The notes below the pieces were generated by a model. It saw only the letters and a list, made by a program, of their open reading frames with translations, had not been told where the DNA came from and did not search any database. Shown one piece after another: positions 1-13,450 of a DNA stretch of 64,000 nucleotides. The stretch lies in the NCBI GenBank assembly GCA_001643675.2, contig LSRY02000042.1, forward strand, positions 124,001 to 188,000, given 5' to 3'. Every line of letters begins with the position of its first letter. Positions within the stretch are counted from its first letter, which is position 1. The position numbers were made by a program, and so were the translations under genes. The stretch is from Monocercomonoides exilis PA203 (taxonomy: Eukaryota; Protista; Preaxostyla).

Positions 1-1171
1 AATGCTCTGACACAAATGGAAGAGAGGTGTTTGTGATGCTCTTTGTCAAGTTGGATGACTCAACAAACAGATCATTTCCATATCTCGCAATATTTGGCTT
101 ATCAAAATCAAAAACAGGTGATGAGATTATGAACGTAGAATAGTCATCAATCAATTTCAGTGCCATTCCTCCTCCAAAGCCAGTCTTTTCTTCTGCTGCT
201 GGTGCAGTGCATCCTGTAAATGTGCACGAAATAATATTCATTTGAATGCTCCCTTTCAACTGGACACCAATGGCCCCTCCTCTGCTTTCATCAGCAAAAA
301 CAGAGCATCCATCAAAATCACATTCTTCAATATTTATTTCTGCATTTGAATTTTCATCATCGCTGTTGTCAATACTCACGCAGCTTCCACTTCCTGTTGT
401 TCTTTCGATTTCTGTGAAATTGCAGTTCGTCATGTTCAACCATTTGATGATCATTGACTCGGCTTTTGAACCACTTCCACACAAAGAGATCAATGGATTT
501 CCACTCAAAGTGATTGATGAAGCTGAAAACGAAGCTATAGCCAAGGTTTCAGATTCAATAGATAAGAATAGAAAAGATAATTCTGATGAATAATTCTGAA
601 GAGAAAGAACGCAATGAGACAGAGTTAGGTGTGAAGAAGATGAAATAAAAGTGGAATATGATGAAAGAGAAGAAGGAAGAGAGAAGATGAGTTTTGACAA
701 GACTGTTTCAACACTTGTTGTTATCATTGCTGAATTGGATGTTAAAGTTGCATCAGAGACTGTCCAGCCACTTTTATCATCATTTCCTCTGATTTCATGT
801 TTCTGTCCAGCAAATGTCAATTCATCACTCATCATAATCATTCCATTCACAATAATTTTCTTTTCTCCTGATAACCTTAAAAGAGAATGCTTCATTGTCA
901 AACAAGGGAATTGGACAATTCCGCAATGAGAATGGTCAGATACCTAGGAATTGCTCACAAATATTTCTTCTGGAGTGGGAAGGAGATAGATGCAAAGAGG
1001 AATGGTCACACTCGTATTTCCATTGTCATATCTTCTCACTCTGTCAACAGAATCTGATGAATTGGTAACACGCTGGATTTTTTGAGGAATGAAAATTGTT
1101 TATGGATTTGGTGAAAAGATTAAAAATATCGCTTCCCCATTTGTCTGTATTCATTCCAAAAGAATAGGATA

Positions 1172-3669
1172 CAATGAGTGAAAAACCCGGGACATTGTAA
1201 AAAACCCGGACTATAAAAAAAAAAAGAACTTTTTTCTTTCATTAAAACATTAACTTGTTCAAACAAAATATTGACCAATGAAACATTTAAAGTTGGAAGG
1301 TTAAAACTTTTCAAAATATACAATGTATTTCTTCTCAACAAGTGTTGTTCACTTGAAAGAATGATTGATTAATATTCTTTTTTTGTTGTTGAAAATTCAA
1401 GAAAAAATTTTGCAAATATATAGAAAAAAAATTTTCATTCCATCACTTGAACTGCCTTTTGTTAGTTTGATTTAATAGCCTTTCAAACATAATTTTTTCC
1501 ATTTTGATCATTTTGATCGTTCCCTTTTTTGTGATGGAAAAGAAATCCATTTCTTTAGAACTTATTAGGATTGCTGCTACTAGAGAACACCGCACAATCC
1601 ATTCCAGATCGAGGAAAATTTTTGAAATCAAGAAAAGATATCCATTGACAGTGAACGTGGCAGTCAAAGCGAAAGCAATAACAAGGCAGGCTTGGTACAG
1701 AGGCAAAACAGCTGAAAAGGAAAATAGAGATGTTGGAAAAGAAGGAAGACCATCTTTTATAAATTCTGAAAAACTGGAAAAAATTGAGAATAAGGTTTTA
1801 TCTTTATTATCAGAACGAGTTGTAGTTCGAATGAAGCACATACAGGAAATGGTTTTCGTTTTTTTTATATGTAAGTTTTTTTATCTTTGTTTTTTTAGGC
1901 AATTAACATTTTAAATACGGAATCAACAAATGAAGAAGAAAACGAGAAACTCCATCCGAAATTATCTTATTATTTGGTTCAAAGAAGTTCTAAATTAAAA
2001 GCGGCCCTGGAGAGACCACTGGAAATTGCAAAGATTCAATCACAGAGCCCTGAAAGAGTGACGAATTGAATTGAAGAAGTGAAAGAAATCGTAGAAGGAA
2101 ACAATATCGAAGTTACAAATATTTTTAATTTCGATGAATCTTCTGTACAAATTGGAGAAAGTTCTGCAAAGTTGGTCATCTGTTTGAAGGACCAAATCCC
2201 TCCTTCTCCTCCTTCTCCTCGAAAATCTTCAAACGCGACTTTATGTATTTGCGTGTGTTCTGATGGTTCCAACCTTCCTCATTTTTTTCTTTATCCAAAG
2301 AAAAAAATGCCTGAAGAGTTTTCTAATTTGAAATTTTTTAATATTAATTAAATTCCTGCACCTTCAGGATGGATTACCACTGAAATTTTCAAAATTATCT
2401 TGCTTCAAAATTGGATTCCTCTTATTCATCAAAAAATACAATCAACATCTTCGAAAAAGGGTCCTCTTCTTCTTGAAAACCATACTACCAATACATGCTC
2501 ATATGTCATTCGTGAAGCAGAAAAATGTGGAATCTTCATCAAAAAGTTCCCTCCTAACATGATACATATCCTTCAATTATGCGATAACGTAATTTTCGCC
2601 AGATTAAAAAGAACTTTAAACAATAATTACATAGTTCCTTCGGATGATTCATCTTCTTCTTACAGAAAGGCACTTGCTGAGGTTTAACCAGACGCAATCT
2701 CTGCAGCAACCACTCCTTCCGTAATTAAAACTGCTTTTTTGAAAACAGGAATCTGGCCACGAGTAGCTTCTCAAGTTCTATCAAAAATATGTGGATCTCC
2801 TTCAAAATCTTCTTCCATAACTTCTTTGGATGAAGCAAAAAGGGAACTATTTGAATCTTTCACACCAAAACGAAAAGTCCAATCATCAAGAAAGTATAAT
2901 ATGGATATTAAAATCGATGAAAAACATAGCATTGATGGATGCACACAAACAGAAGATAATTTATTCGATGACGAAGATCACCGTACCAATTCTGATAGAA
3001 GCAATTTTACCAAAAGAATTATCAGAACAAGAAAGAAAAAAATTGACAGCAACTTTATATATGAAGATGACGAAGATTACGAAAAAGATGAATGGAAAAG
3101 GAAGCAAAAGGAAAGCGCAGAAGAGACTTCTCAACCTGAAAGCAAAAAATTTAAAATACAGCATGATGAAAACGAATAGATGAAAATATTTATTAGTTTG
3201 TTTAGAAATACTTTTTGTTAAAAATCAAATCTAATTTTTTGCCAAACTTTTTCATATTTAGCTAGAAATTAATTGTTTGTCTTGTATTGAATGTTTGATG
3301 CAATAATTTCTTTTATTCTTTTTCACTGAATTCAGAAAAGACAAAGGATGGAATAAACTGAGCATCGGATTGGAAGAAACTTCTGTTGCGTCTGTATCAA
3401 CTTTCATTTTATTTTAGAAAATATCACAACAACAATTTTGACAATTTGAGAAATACAATTTCACACTAACGTCTATGAATTCGTTGAAAAAATACAAAAA
3501 TTGTTTTTTATACAATTCTCAATTCAAAAAATCTCCAAATGTTCATTAATTACTGAATTAAACATAAAATATATCGGTCAATTGAAGATATTTGAATGAA
3601 ACTAATTGCAGTTGCAATTTTCAAAAAGTCCGGGTTTTTTTTACCATGTCCAGGGTTTTTCACTCATTG
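1172..3669 (+). mobile_element. pogo-like (Tc1/mariner superfamily, DDE_1) DNA transposon, decayed
   Basis: Imperfect ~42-bp TIRs CAATGAGTGAAAAACCCGGGACATTGTAAAAAACCCGGACT (1172-1212) and 3627-3669. TA on the left (1170-1171) and AA on the right (mutated TSD). Internal broken transposase. Confidence 0.88.
1533..3179 (+). pseudogene. pogo-like transposase pseudogene (HTH + DDE_1 catalytic domain)
   Basis: Motifs IFNFDES, TLCICVCSDG, SGWITTEIF, LLLENH, PPNMIHILQLCD, FLKTGIWP spread over ORFs 1504-1914, 2079-2351, 2400-2687 and 2739-3179. Putative GT-AG intron at 1852-1898. Confidence 0.85.
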
Positions 3670-5346
3670 AATCAGAAAATTTGGACTTTTTGTCAATAAT
3701 CGAAGAAGAATTTCACCCCCGAAATCCATTCAATGCAAAGCAATAGCACTCATCAAAGGTCCCGCCTTTTACTTTCTCTTCATTCGCTTCTCCTGCACAC
3801 ATCATCATTGATCCCTTATTTTCTGAACTTGTCCTTCCACATCCGAAAAAAGTGCATTAATTCAGAACTTTTTTGTTGATCCAAAGAATTATTTGAATTG
3901 TGTGATATTCTTATTACAAAATATTTTTTAATTGGAAACATTATATTGTAACTTTTTTGAGCTTTTTCAAACAATTTAAAAAAATGAGGATAAGATATCG
4001 TCATCTTCAAAATTCACAATTTTGTGTTTGAAAGTCTTTTAGACATATTTCAACAATAAATTTAATGGTTTTATATATCGGAAATGTTGGCGTTTATATT
4101 TGAAATTACAACGTTTTTCGTTGTGTTCATTTTTTTGAAGTTGGTTTGTCACTGAGAAGACACTTTGTGTTCAAATTGGAAAATTATCACAACTACATCA
4201 AAAAACTATTGTTTAAGCTGAAATGAAAATGAAGATGTCCTTAATACATCTTTTCACTTCTCATTTTTTTTTTTTTTTGTTAGAAGAACTGAAACATTTT
4301 TATTTCTTCATATGGTATTTGCCAAATCAAATCCTTGAAAGTTTCATTAAATGCAATATATGTTTGTTCTAAATTGAATTAATTGAATCTTAACAAATAA
4401 TCACAATTCTGTGTGAAGGATCATAAAGAAAAATCATGAAATATGGGTGTTTATGTTTGTCACCTTTTATTATCATTAACAATCATGTCACAAATTCCAT
4501 TGTTGTAAGTTTTGTAAAAAGTGGAGGAAAGAAATGCAATTCCCACTCATGTTGAGAAAATAAAAGAAGAAAAGAAGAAATCAATCATCGATGTTACTTG
4601 TCAAGAATTTATTAACCCATCTTTTGGGTTTTATCGTTTGACAGGATTTGTACGAGCACAGATTGATATGCTGATTCAATCACTTTCTCCGTGTGATAAT
4701 CCACGAAGAGGTCGTACTAAAACTATCGACTCGTTTGATGAACAGCTTTTCTTGCTTCTGAATTTCCTTCATCATGGATCTTGCACTTTCACACATTTGC
4801 TTGTAAAACCAAAACAAGATTCACAATCTTCGAAAATTCGCCTTCTCTATTCAACTATTTCGATTGTCAAAAATCAACTAGCTTTCTTATTTCTGTCTTT
4901 TCGTCCTGACAGAATTGCTGGTTTTGAAGAAGCTGGAATCACTGTTGATTATGCTGTCATACCAATCAATCGTCCGGGGGGAAAGTTAGAGTCGGAAAGA
5001 AATATTTTTCTGGCAAACATCATATTTATTGCATAAAGGCGGAGGTGGGAGTGAATCCTAGAATTGGAACAGCCAGTACGATCAGTTCCATATATTCTGT
5101 TTCAACACACGATTTTTCAATTTTAAAGGATCACTACCCTACGTTTCAAACACAACTTGGAGGAGCTTAAATATTCGCAGATTCTGCTTATATCGGAACC
5201 AAGCCTGAATTTTGAGCAATCATCACAAAACCAATCTAAACTCCGGAGTTGGCTTCACTCAGAGTGATTGTTGAACGGTTTTTTGGTCGACTCTAAGCAT
5301 TATTAATAATCTTTCGCAGATCATGGGTTTTTGAATTTGAAAATAT

Positions 5347-8300
5347 GGGTCATTATTTTTCATATCGTAACTTTGTTCGAAGAAAGATCTTTTTTAAAGA
5401 AATTGTGGTATAATGCGAAAAAAGTCAAAAACACATGTTTATAAATGAAAAGAAAAAGAATTGTGAATGAATTTTTGAAAACCAAGTTACTTTGAGAAAA
5501 TTCTGAAAATTCCATTATTACATTTATTTTATTGATATTTTTAATATTTTAATAATTTGATAATACAGCACCCAACAAGATCAATTATTGAATATTATTG
5601 ATTAATATTTGAGTATGATTTAACGATATTGCTTTTTTTATGCTTTTAATAAACCATCATCTTTATATAAATAAATAATTGTTTCATTAAATTAAGATAC
5701 GATATAACGAGGTTAATAAATTTATGTATTGTTATTTAAAACTTTATTAATGTTATGAACGATCATAATACAATTTAGGTCGATTCGAGAGGTTGAAGAG
5801 ATGCAATGTAACTTGAAAAAAAATTATAAACGAAAATGATATTAATGGACTTTCTGATGGAAGTGACATAATTTCAAAGAAGAATGTAAATAAAGGAGAA
5901 AAATTGTGATTAGAATTATCTGTTTGATGTTTTCCTAATTATTATTTATTTATTTATTTATTTGGTTGTTGATTTGAATGTTAATTTGTATGTTTGTTTG
6001 TTTTGTTTGCATTCTGCAAGAAATGGGAGGAGGAAATGGGAGGCTGAAATGGAGGTTGGTGTAGTTGCAAGATTTTTGAGCGCTGAGCAGTGGAAAGAAA
6101 GGGATGTTGATGAAGAAGGAAAGTTGAATGAAAAATGGAGAAGGTGGCAAAGCAGAAGGGGATTCCCAGGAAAATGATGAAGATGCGCGACAGATGCTGC
6201 AAGGCGTTGCCGCGGCAGGAAGAGGAGCAAAGATGGAAAAGGAGGAATGGATCATGTGAGAGAGCGATGGAAAGGAGGAGCTTTGGAAGGATGGCGGCAA
6301 AGGAATGGAGGAGCTGCGAAGCACTCGGACTTAATCCCGAAGAGACAAAACAGGCGATGCTACCACGTTCGTTGATGCCTTTATCTTAATCGCCATCGTA
6401 TTCTTCTTCATCATCTTCTTCCTCTTCTTCCTCTTCCTCTTCTTCTTCTTCCTCCTCCTCCTCTTCTTCTTCTTCTTCTTTTTCTTCTTCTTCTCCTTCT
6501 CCTCCTCCTCCTCCTTTTTCTTCGCCTTCTTCTTCTTTATATTATTACTTCGTTTTTGTTGTAACTTTTAATGTTGCAACTTTTTCGATGCAACGAATAA
6601 ACGATATTTAAATTCATTCAAGAAAATATTGTGTCACAAAACAACTTTATCTTCTGCTCCTTCAACTTTCTCTTCTTTGACTTCAACATATTCCTCTTCT
6701 TCGTCTCTTTCGTCTCCTTGTTCAATTTCAACTTTATTCTTCCGCATTCATTCGCACATTCACACAGCATCTATCTTCGATTCAACAATTGTGATCCTTC
6801 TTTTCTTCTTCAACGCCTTCTTCTTCTCCAATCTTTTCTCCAAATTCTTCTCATTTCTCTCTTCAAGCCTCTTCTCCTTCAGCCATTTCTTCGTTTTCTT
6901 CTGTTTCTTCTTGTGATGCAGCTGGTGTCAATTCAGCAAGTTATTCAACAAAATAGCAGAGCACAAGTTATTCAGAGAGAGGGCAATTTAGCCGCTTGCA
7001 AGATGCTTCTGTCCCATTTATTGAACCTCCCTCGCTTCCTCTCTCTCCTTCCTCCACCTCTTCCACTTCTTCTCTTCACTTCTCCTCAGCTCATTATCAG
7101 TCTGGTCTTTCCTCTCCTTCCCCATTTCCTTCCCCTTTCCTTTCACCGTCTCCTTCTCCTTCTCCTTCTTTGTCTCCATTTCCTTCTTCTTCTCTCTCTC
7201 CTGTTTCTTCCACTCCTTCCTCTTCCCCTCTCTTCGCATACTCTCTTTCCAGCACTTCTCCTTATGTCACTCCCACTCAGTTCGCTGGCCGGCTCTCAAC
7301 ACCTCCAACAAGTTCTTCGTTCTCTTCCTGTTTGTCTAGTAATGAATGGTCTGCTTCGACTCCTCCTTTTACAATGTCGTCGTATTATCCTCAGCAGAAC
7401 ATTCATGCGGTGCCTGCTTCTTTCTCTTCGTCATTTGCTTCTTTTTCTGCTCCATCTTCAACACCTTCTTCTTCTTCTTTGATGTTAGCTTCTTTTCAGG
7501 CTCAATCTCAACCTCAACCACAATCTCAATCTCAGTCTCAGTCTCAGTCTCAATCTCAATCTCATATTTCTTCAACTGAAATATCTCCTCTTTCTTCTTT
7601 TCAATTGCATCCTTCTTCTTAAGCACTGAATGCTGTTCCTCCTCAACAGTTACCGAAAACACTTGCACATTCACAGTTTTTCAATCAAATGTCCAGACAG
7701 GAATCATATGCAGCCCAAAAAACAAACAATGCAGCTCAAATAACTGCAACATCAGCACAAACACAACAGAAATTGCATTTAGACAGTCAAAAGCAGAAAG
7801 TTGAGATTGTGTCAGTAAAGGATCCAAAGAAGTTTATGATGGGTGCATTGTCCCCTCGCTGAACAGCCCCTCATCATCCTTGGATGCCTCAAACACCTCA
7901 TTTGCCAGGTGCAATCGATCACAGAATGTCGCAGTCAGCGGGAGTGATGGGAATCCATCGAAACCAGTAAGACAGCAGATTACAAACAATGTGGCGAATT
8001 CATTCACTTGGTGTGTGTGGAATAACTCAAAAACCACAGGGACAAGTAGTTCTTATTCAGATGGAACTTCAAATGGTGGAGCGATTTACATGTTTGATAA
8101 GGCATCAGGAACACTTTCAGTGAAATTTAGTTCGTTCAACGACTGCTCTGCGTATTCTTATGGCTGAGGAATTTTTTGCGTTTCAATCAATTCTATCAAA
8201 ATAGAGAACAACTCGTTCATTGCTTATACTGTAAAAAATTGGGCTGGAGGAGGATTGTATGCTTATAATATTACTTCGTGTGTCAGGATCAGTGGCTGCG

Positions 8301-9378
8301 AGTTCCAGAAATGCAAAGCAAGAAACGATGGAGGAAGGTTTTTTATTTCAGCTTTTCATGTTTCTGAAGCAAACTGAATTGATACAATTAATTTGATTAT
8401 ATTTTGGAAAAAAATGAAGCTTAGCAAAAGATGGATTCTTTTTCTCATTTATTGATTTCACGTAATTTTCCTCACTTTTTTTTTGTTTTATCTTTTTCTT
8501 CATTTCACCTTTGCACTGGAAAATAGAAATAAATATTTTGAAATTGCTAAAGTTAATTATATGTTTATTGAAAAATCAAATTAATGTGTTATGTTTCACA
8601 AGTTCTTCTATCGAATTAATCTAAAAAATTAAGTCTCATTTAAGTTCTGATAAATTAATGTTTTTTCAGTGATAAACGAAGTGAATATTGCAAATATAAA
8701 AAACTTTTCTATTAAAACAATAAGGTCTATTAATGAAATGAATTTAAAACAAAAAACGATGAAAAGAAAAATTTCAGCTTAATTAAACATTGTTGTCTCT
8801 TTTCATTTTTTAGCCGAAATGCTCGAATAGATAACCTGTTATAATCATTATTTGATCTCATTCTTTTAAAATTACACGTTCCATCATCCAAATAACAAAA
8901 TAATTATTTGAAAATATATTGCATCTCTTCAACCTCTCGAATCGACCTAAATTGTATTATGATCGTTCATAACATTAATAAAGTTTTAAATAACAATACA
9001 TAAATTTATTAACCTCGTTATATCGTATCTTAATTTAATGAAACAATTATTTATTTATATAAAGATGATGGTTTATTAAAAGCATAAAAAAAGCAATATC
9101 GTTAAATCATACTCAAATATTAATCAATAATATTCAATAATTGATCTTGTTGGGTGCTGTATTATCAAATTATTAAAATATTAAAAATATCAATAAAATA
9201 AATGTAATAATGGAATTTTCAGAATTTTCTCAAAGTAACTTAGTTTTCAAAAATTCATTCACAATTCTTTTTCTTTTCATTTATAAACATGTGTTTTTGA
9301 CTTTTTTCGCATTATACCACAATTTCTTTAAAAAAGATCTTTCTTCGAACAAAGTTACGATATGAAAAATAATGACCC
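5347..9378. mobile_element. Non-autonomous long-TIR (461 bp) DNA element with ATAT target duplication, carrying host-gene fragments (Pack-type)
   Basis: 5347-5807 is the reverse complement of 8918-9378 (one mismatch noticed by eye). GGG..CCC termini, ATAT at 5343-5346 and 9379-9382. Removing the element restores the transposase frame of the flanking gene. Confidence 0.88.
7833..8385 (+). pseudogene. Internal fragment of the beta-helix-like gene family (paralogous to 49490-51233)
   Basis: YDGCIVPSLNSPSSSLDASNTSFARCNRSQNV..ANSFTWCVWN..SNGGAIYM..CVRISGCEFQKCKA aligns by eye with YDGGIVPSLNNPLASLSASNTSFIGCCRTRNV..ANSFTWCEWN..SSGGAICM..CVRISGCEFQTCKA. It has a premature stop and abrupt ends. Confidence 0.85.
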
Positions 9379-10309
9379 ATATTACTGATTATTTTTCTGT
9401 TGCTTGTTGTCTCACAAATTTTCATATTCTTCAAAACCCTATTCCAGAAATAGATTCTGAAGCTAATACGAGATTTTTGGATGAAATGACAGAAAAATAT
9501 TTGAAAAGAAAAGAAGCAAAAATGATAGCAAATTCCATATATTTTGCGAAAATGAAGAATAAGCTTTATTCTGGAAAAACGTTGACTCCCACAATATCTT
9601 CATTTTTCGAAGAAACAGGAGGCTTATCTTCACTTTTTTACCATTATTTTTAATTTGAACTTGTTAATTTTTCATTTTTATATTTATCAATTTTCCATAT
9701 TTTCTATTTCAGATATATCTTATACTGATCAATGAACAATCACAGCTGCAATTTCCAAAGAAAGAAGAGAGAAAGCGAATTTTGAAGTTCTGAAAAAAAA
9801 AAATGAAATAAAAATTCAAGCCCTTAGCAAAGAAAGAAACAATGATAGTGATGAAGATTATATGTGCTACAATTCGCAAGCATGGCATTTTCTTCTTCAA
9901 TATGATGAAATAAATTCATTTCCATCGTTGTCAACTCAACCATTCCATTCAATATCTGTGACATTTTCATCGCCTGTGACATCAACTCATACGCTGCATG
10001 AACTAAGTCAAAATCAACCAACATTAACAACTTCTTCAATTACAGAATCACAACCTTTAACATATTCATCAACATCTACATCAAATCTCCAAACACTATC
10101 AGTATTTTTTTCCTCTTCTCCAAAAAAATAATTGTTGAAAACATTCATTTGAAATCATTCCAAAATGAATTTTGTTAGCTAGAACGTATTAAACACTGAT
10201 TCTCATATTATTATTATATTTAAAGTTTTTTCACTCTTGACAAATAATTGAATTTTCTATTTTTAACAATTTTTTTGTAAATAATTTAAAAAATAATCAT
10301 AAAAAATAT

Positions 10310-10549
10310 GTCTTAATTTTTTTGAAAAGTTCCTTTTGTTTAATTATCAAATAAAATAAATTTTTCATTTTTCAATCAAATTTCTGTTTTCATAAACTAA
10401 AATTTGCTGTTATGAAAATAAAATATTGACAATGTTGTTATTTCCATTTTTTCAAATTTTCATGATTGGGAACAGAAATTTGATCGAAATATGGACATTT
10501 AAATTTATTTGATAATTAAACAAAAGGAACTTTTCAAAAAAATTTTTTC
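10310..10549. mobile_element. 240-bp MITE flanked by ATAT (copy 1)
   Basis: Imperfect TIR containing TTTTTTGAAAAGTTCCTTTTGTTTAATTATCAAATAAA. ATAT at 10306-10309 and 10550-10553. An inverted second copy lies at 32218-32457. Confidence 0.8.
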
Positions 10550-12197
10550 ATATGGCATAATCTTTTTGAAAAATCAGAGATCTTCCCGTTATTATTTATT
10601 GTGAAATAAATAATAATATATCCAAAAACGATTTTGCACCATTTTGATATTTATCACAAACGAAACACATTTCAATATTTTTGTTATTTTCCACAAACCA
10701 AAATAGCTTTCATAAAAAAATTTTTTAAAGGAAATTGTTAATTCATTAACAATTCACATTAACATTGATATGTGAAGAAGTCATTGCTTTCAAAGTATGT
10801 TTTTCGAACATCTTTTCACAACACTATTTTTGGTGATAATGATTATTCATTATGCGTTAGTAATGAACAACTCCTTATAAAATCATTTTCTTGATTGAAA
10901 ATAGAGTGTGAATCAGAAATGAGTAATCACTTGCGTTGAATTTTCATTTATCATGTATGTTTTATCACTTGTCATTGTTCTTATAAGTTGTTCAATTTTT
11001 AACAATCGTTTTTTGACAAATGAAAATAACAAATTAATCATTCTTTTGTATTTTTTAATATATCATTTGTTTCGATAAATTAAATTATTAGCTGATGACA
11101 TTTTTTTTTGATCACATATTTAAGCTGTTTAAACTGCTTTATGGAAAGAACCAGAAGAAAGAAATGGAAATTTGCACTTTGCAGAAAAAAGAATAAATAG
11201 CTGTACAGGACTTGTTCTTCTTGGATAATCACACGCTTCACTACTTTTGCGAAATGAAAGGCAAACTCCAATCGAACCTCTTTCTGTCCCTGGTTGTTCT
11301 TTTCTCTGAGTGCATAGATATCTGAATTGGGATACACTCAGATTGCTCGTCTTCAAATGACTCATTTTCTGATTCGTCATCCTTCTCTTTGACCTCTCCT
11401 CTAGTTCCATTTTCCTCTGATGTTTCTATAAAGAGTGAGCGGTTCACCAAACTTTGGCCACCATCTTCCGCTTTTGAGCACAAAGATGATCTCAAGAAGA
11501 AATGCATACTGTGGAAGGCGCCTGAGCTGCTGATGAATAAGAAGAAGGGAGCGACGAAGAAATTGGTGGTGCTCTCAATCTGGATAATGCTAGAGAAGAG
11601 GACTGAAAAGTGGATGTGATGTTGATTATAAAAACTCTTTGATGAAAATATTTTCTTCATTTCATTATAAAAGTTGTTCCTTGCTTTGTATGCTTTATTT
11701 TTGATTTGAAGTCAAATTCTATGTATCGATCAATTTCGTTTTTAAATTTTGTTTTTGTTATCGTTTCATCTTCAATTTATTCAAAAAGAGAATTCAACAG
11801 TGCAATTATATGTGTTAATCAGTGATTTTCATACACTTCGCCTGTCTGATTTGAAGATTTTGCTCATGTTGTTTTTCAAAACATAATAATGAAATTATTC
11901 TTTGTTTTTTGTAAAGTTCAAAACATATATATCTAATTTAAAATTACACATTCAAAAGCAGATTTTGTTTTGAATAGATTTGCCAAAGCATCAATTTCAT
12001 AAAGCTCATTTTCAAAAGTTTCTTTTTCCTACGCTGAAACTGCTTCTGTTAAAACCAATCACTTAATCCCCCTCCTCACTTTCTCCATTTTGAATCAACT
12101 CGTTTTCCTCCTACACATCCTCCTCCATATCGACCATATCTGTCGCTCTTCAACTTCTTTTTCTACCATTGCCACTTCAAAATCCTACTCCATATCT

Positions 12198-13450
12198 TCA
12201 TCTTCCACCGCTCACAGTTGAATCCTCTTCTCCAACGCGCAGCTTTGGCAGCTCTGTGACAGTCGTAAGTAACAAAAAGCGGTGTTTGGCAAATGCTCCA
12301 ATAAATGTGTCTGCGTTTTCACACTGAACATCAAAAACAGCCGATCGCAGATCCGTGCAAAGCCTCATGTGCTGCACGAAATCGATCATTTCGTGAGGGA
12401 GCAAAGCACGAAGATTGGACCACACATACCCAGGCGACTGGATCTGGAAGTGCTTCTCCTGCCTTGCAGCGGAGGCTGCAGCGGCTGCAAAGGAGAAGCG
12501 CTGATTCACAGAAGGCTGACGCTCATTCATAGCAAAAAACAGAGCGTTAGTCCAGCTGCGCTTGTGATGAGAAATAACATTTTTATAAGCTTTGAATAGT
12601 CTAGTATCAGCTCAATCGCACGAGATAGCACTGTCAGCATGTTCCTCTGGACTTTCTTCATCTCACACCGTTCCTTTTCGTTGTATTGTCCTTTGTGGCA
12701 ATATCATCATCTTTCTTTACCTTTTTCTCTTTCTCTTTTCCTTCTTCCGCTTCTTCTTCATTGTTTTCTTCTTCCTCAGCATCCTCATCGTCTGTATCGT
12801 CTTCTTCCTCTTCATCTTCTTCTTTATTTGCTTCATCCCATAAAAAAAGGGCGAACTGTCTTTCCAACCTTTCCTCCTCTTCTTTCTCACTCAGCTTCTC
12901 GCCTTCATTCAGCCCAGTTCCCATCACCTGCGTCACCTCCTCCCAGTTCTTTGCCAGCGACCGCACAACAGCTTTGAAGAATAGCACCAGCGAACCAGAA
13001 ACAGTCACAATCTGCTCTGCCGCATCTCTTCCTGCAGATCTCATCATTTGCACACCCGAAGGTGACGAAATAATTTCGAACATAATTGCACTCTGACGCT
13101 CTGCGATCACAAGGTGGTATTCATCTGTCTGATTGTGCAGTTCAACACATGTTTTTCATCTTCCACGCCTTCATGCTCTTCCCGTGTGATGCAAGTTAGT
13201 CTTTGTGTCTGTTGGGGCATGCGTCACAAAAATCAGATCAACTTGCGGAATATCAATGCCCCGCGCTACCACATAAGGAGCAATCAGCACAGCAATGTTC
13301 CACATCCTAAACGACTGCAGCGTTTGTTCTCTCTGTACCTGGGCAATACCACCATGCAATGGTCGATAGCGGTAAGACTTCAACTTGGCGCACACGTATG
13401 GTTCGTTCGCCTAAGCATTCTGGTCGCAGAAGATGTTTTTAAACATCTGT
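12198..13450 (-). pseudogene. 3' portion of a DDX21/DDX50-like DEAD-box RNA helicase (helicase C-terminal domain + GUCT-like domain), frameshifted
   Basis: PLHGGIAQVQREQTLQSFR, motif V VVARGIDIPQVDL, degenerate motif VI HHTGRA, acidic linker, GUCT-like HMRLCTDLRSAVFDV..TELPKL. No Walker A or DEAD motif is visible upstream. Confidence 0.75.

Larger units (their letters stand above)
1..3870 (-). pseudogene. Degenerate member of an expanded large Cys/Gly-rich beta-helix-like protein family, interrupted by the pogo-like element at 1172-3669 and running off the window start
   Basis: Minus strand reads ..GSMMMCAGEANEEKVKGGTFDECYC..GEILLRLLTKSPNFLI|SYSFGMNTDKWGSDIF..VSDHSHCGIVQFPCLTMKHSLLRLSGEKKIIVNG... 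The frame is continuous across the insertion once the element and one TA are removed. Internal stops and frameshifts are present. Confidence 0.6.
4521..9653 (+). pseudogene. PIF/Harbinger-ISL2EU-type (DDE_Tnp_4) transposase pseudogene split by the 5347-9378 insertion
   Basis: N-terminal FYRLTGF..EQLFLLLNFLHHG (HTH_Tnp_4-like), ITVDYAVIPINRP, YFSGKHHIYCIK, HDFSIL, IFADSAYIG, RVIVERFFGRL. The C-terminal part YFSVACCLTNFHIL resumes at 9383. Confidence 0.82.

Noticed and set aside
4441-4460. ATAT|GGGTG as left terminus of the DDE_Tnp_4 element
   Set aside because: It lacks the TTTTTGAAAA core of the other ends, no matching right end was found, and it may be chance.
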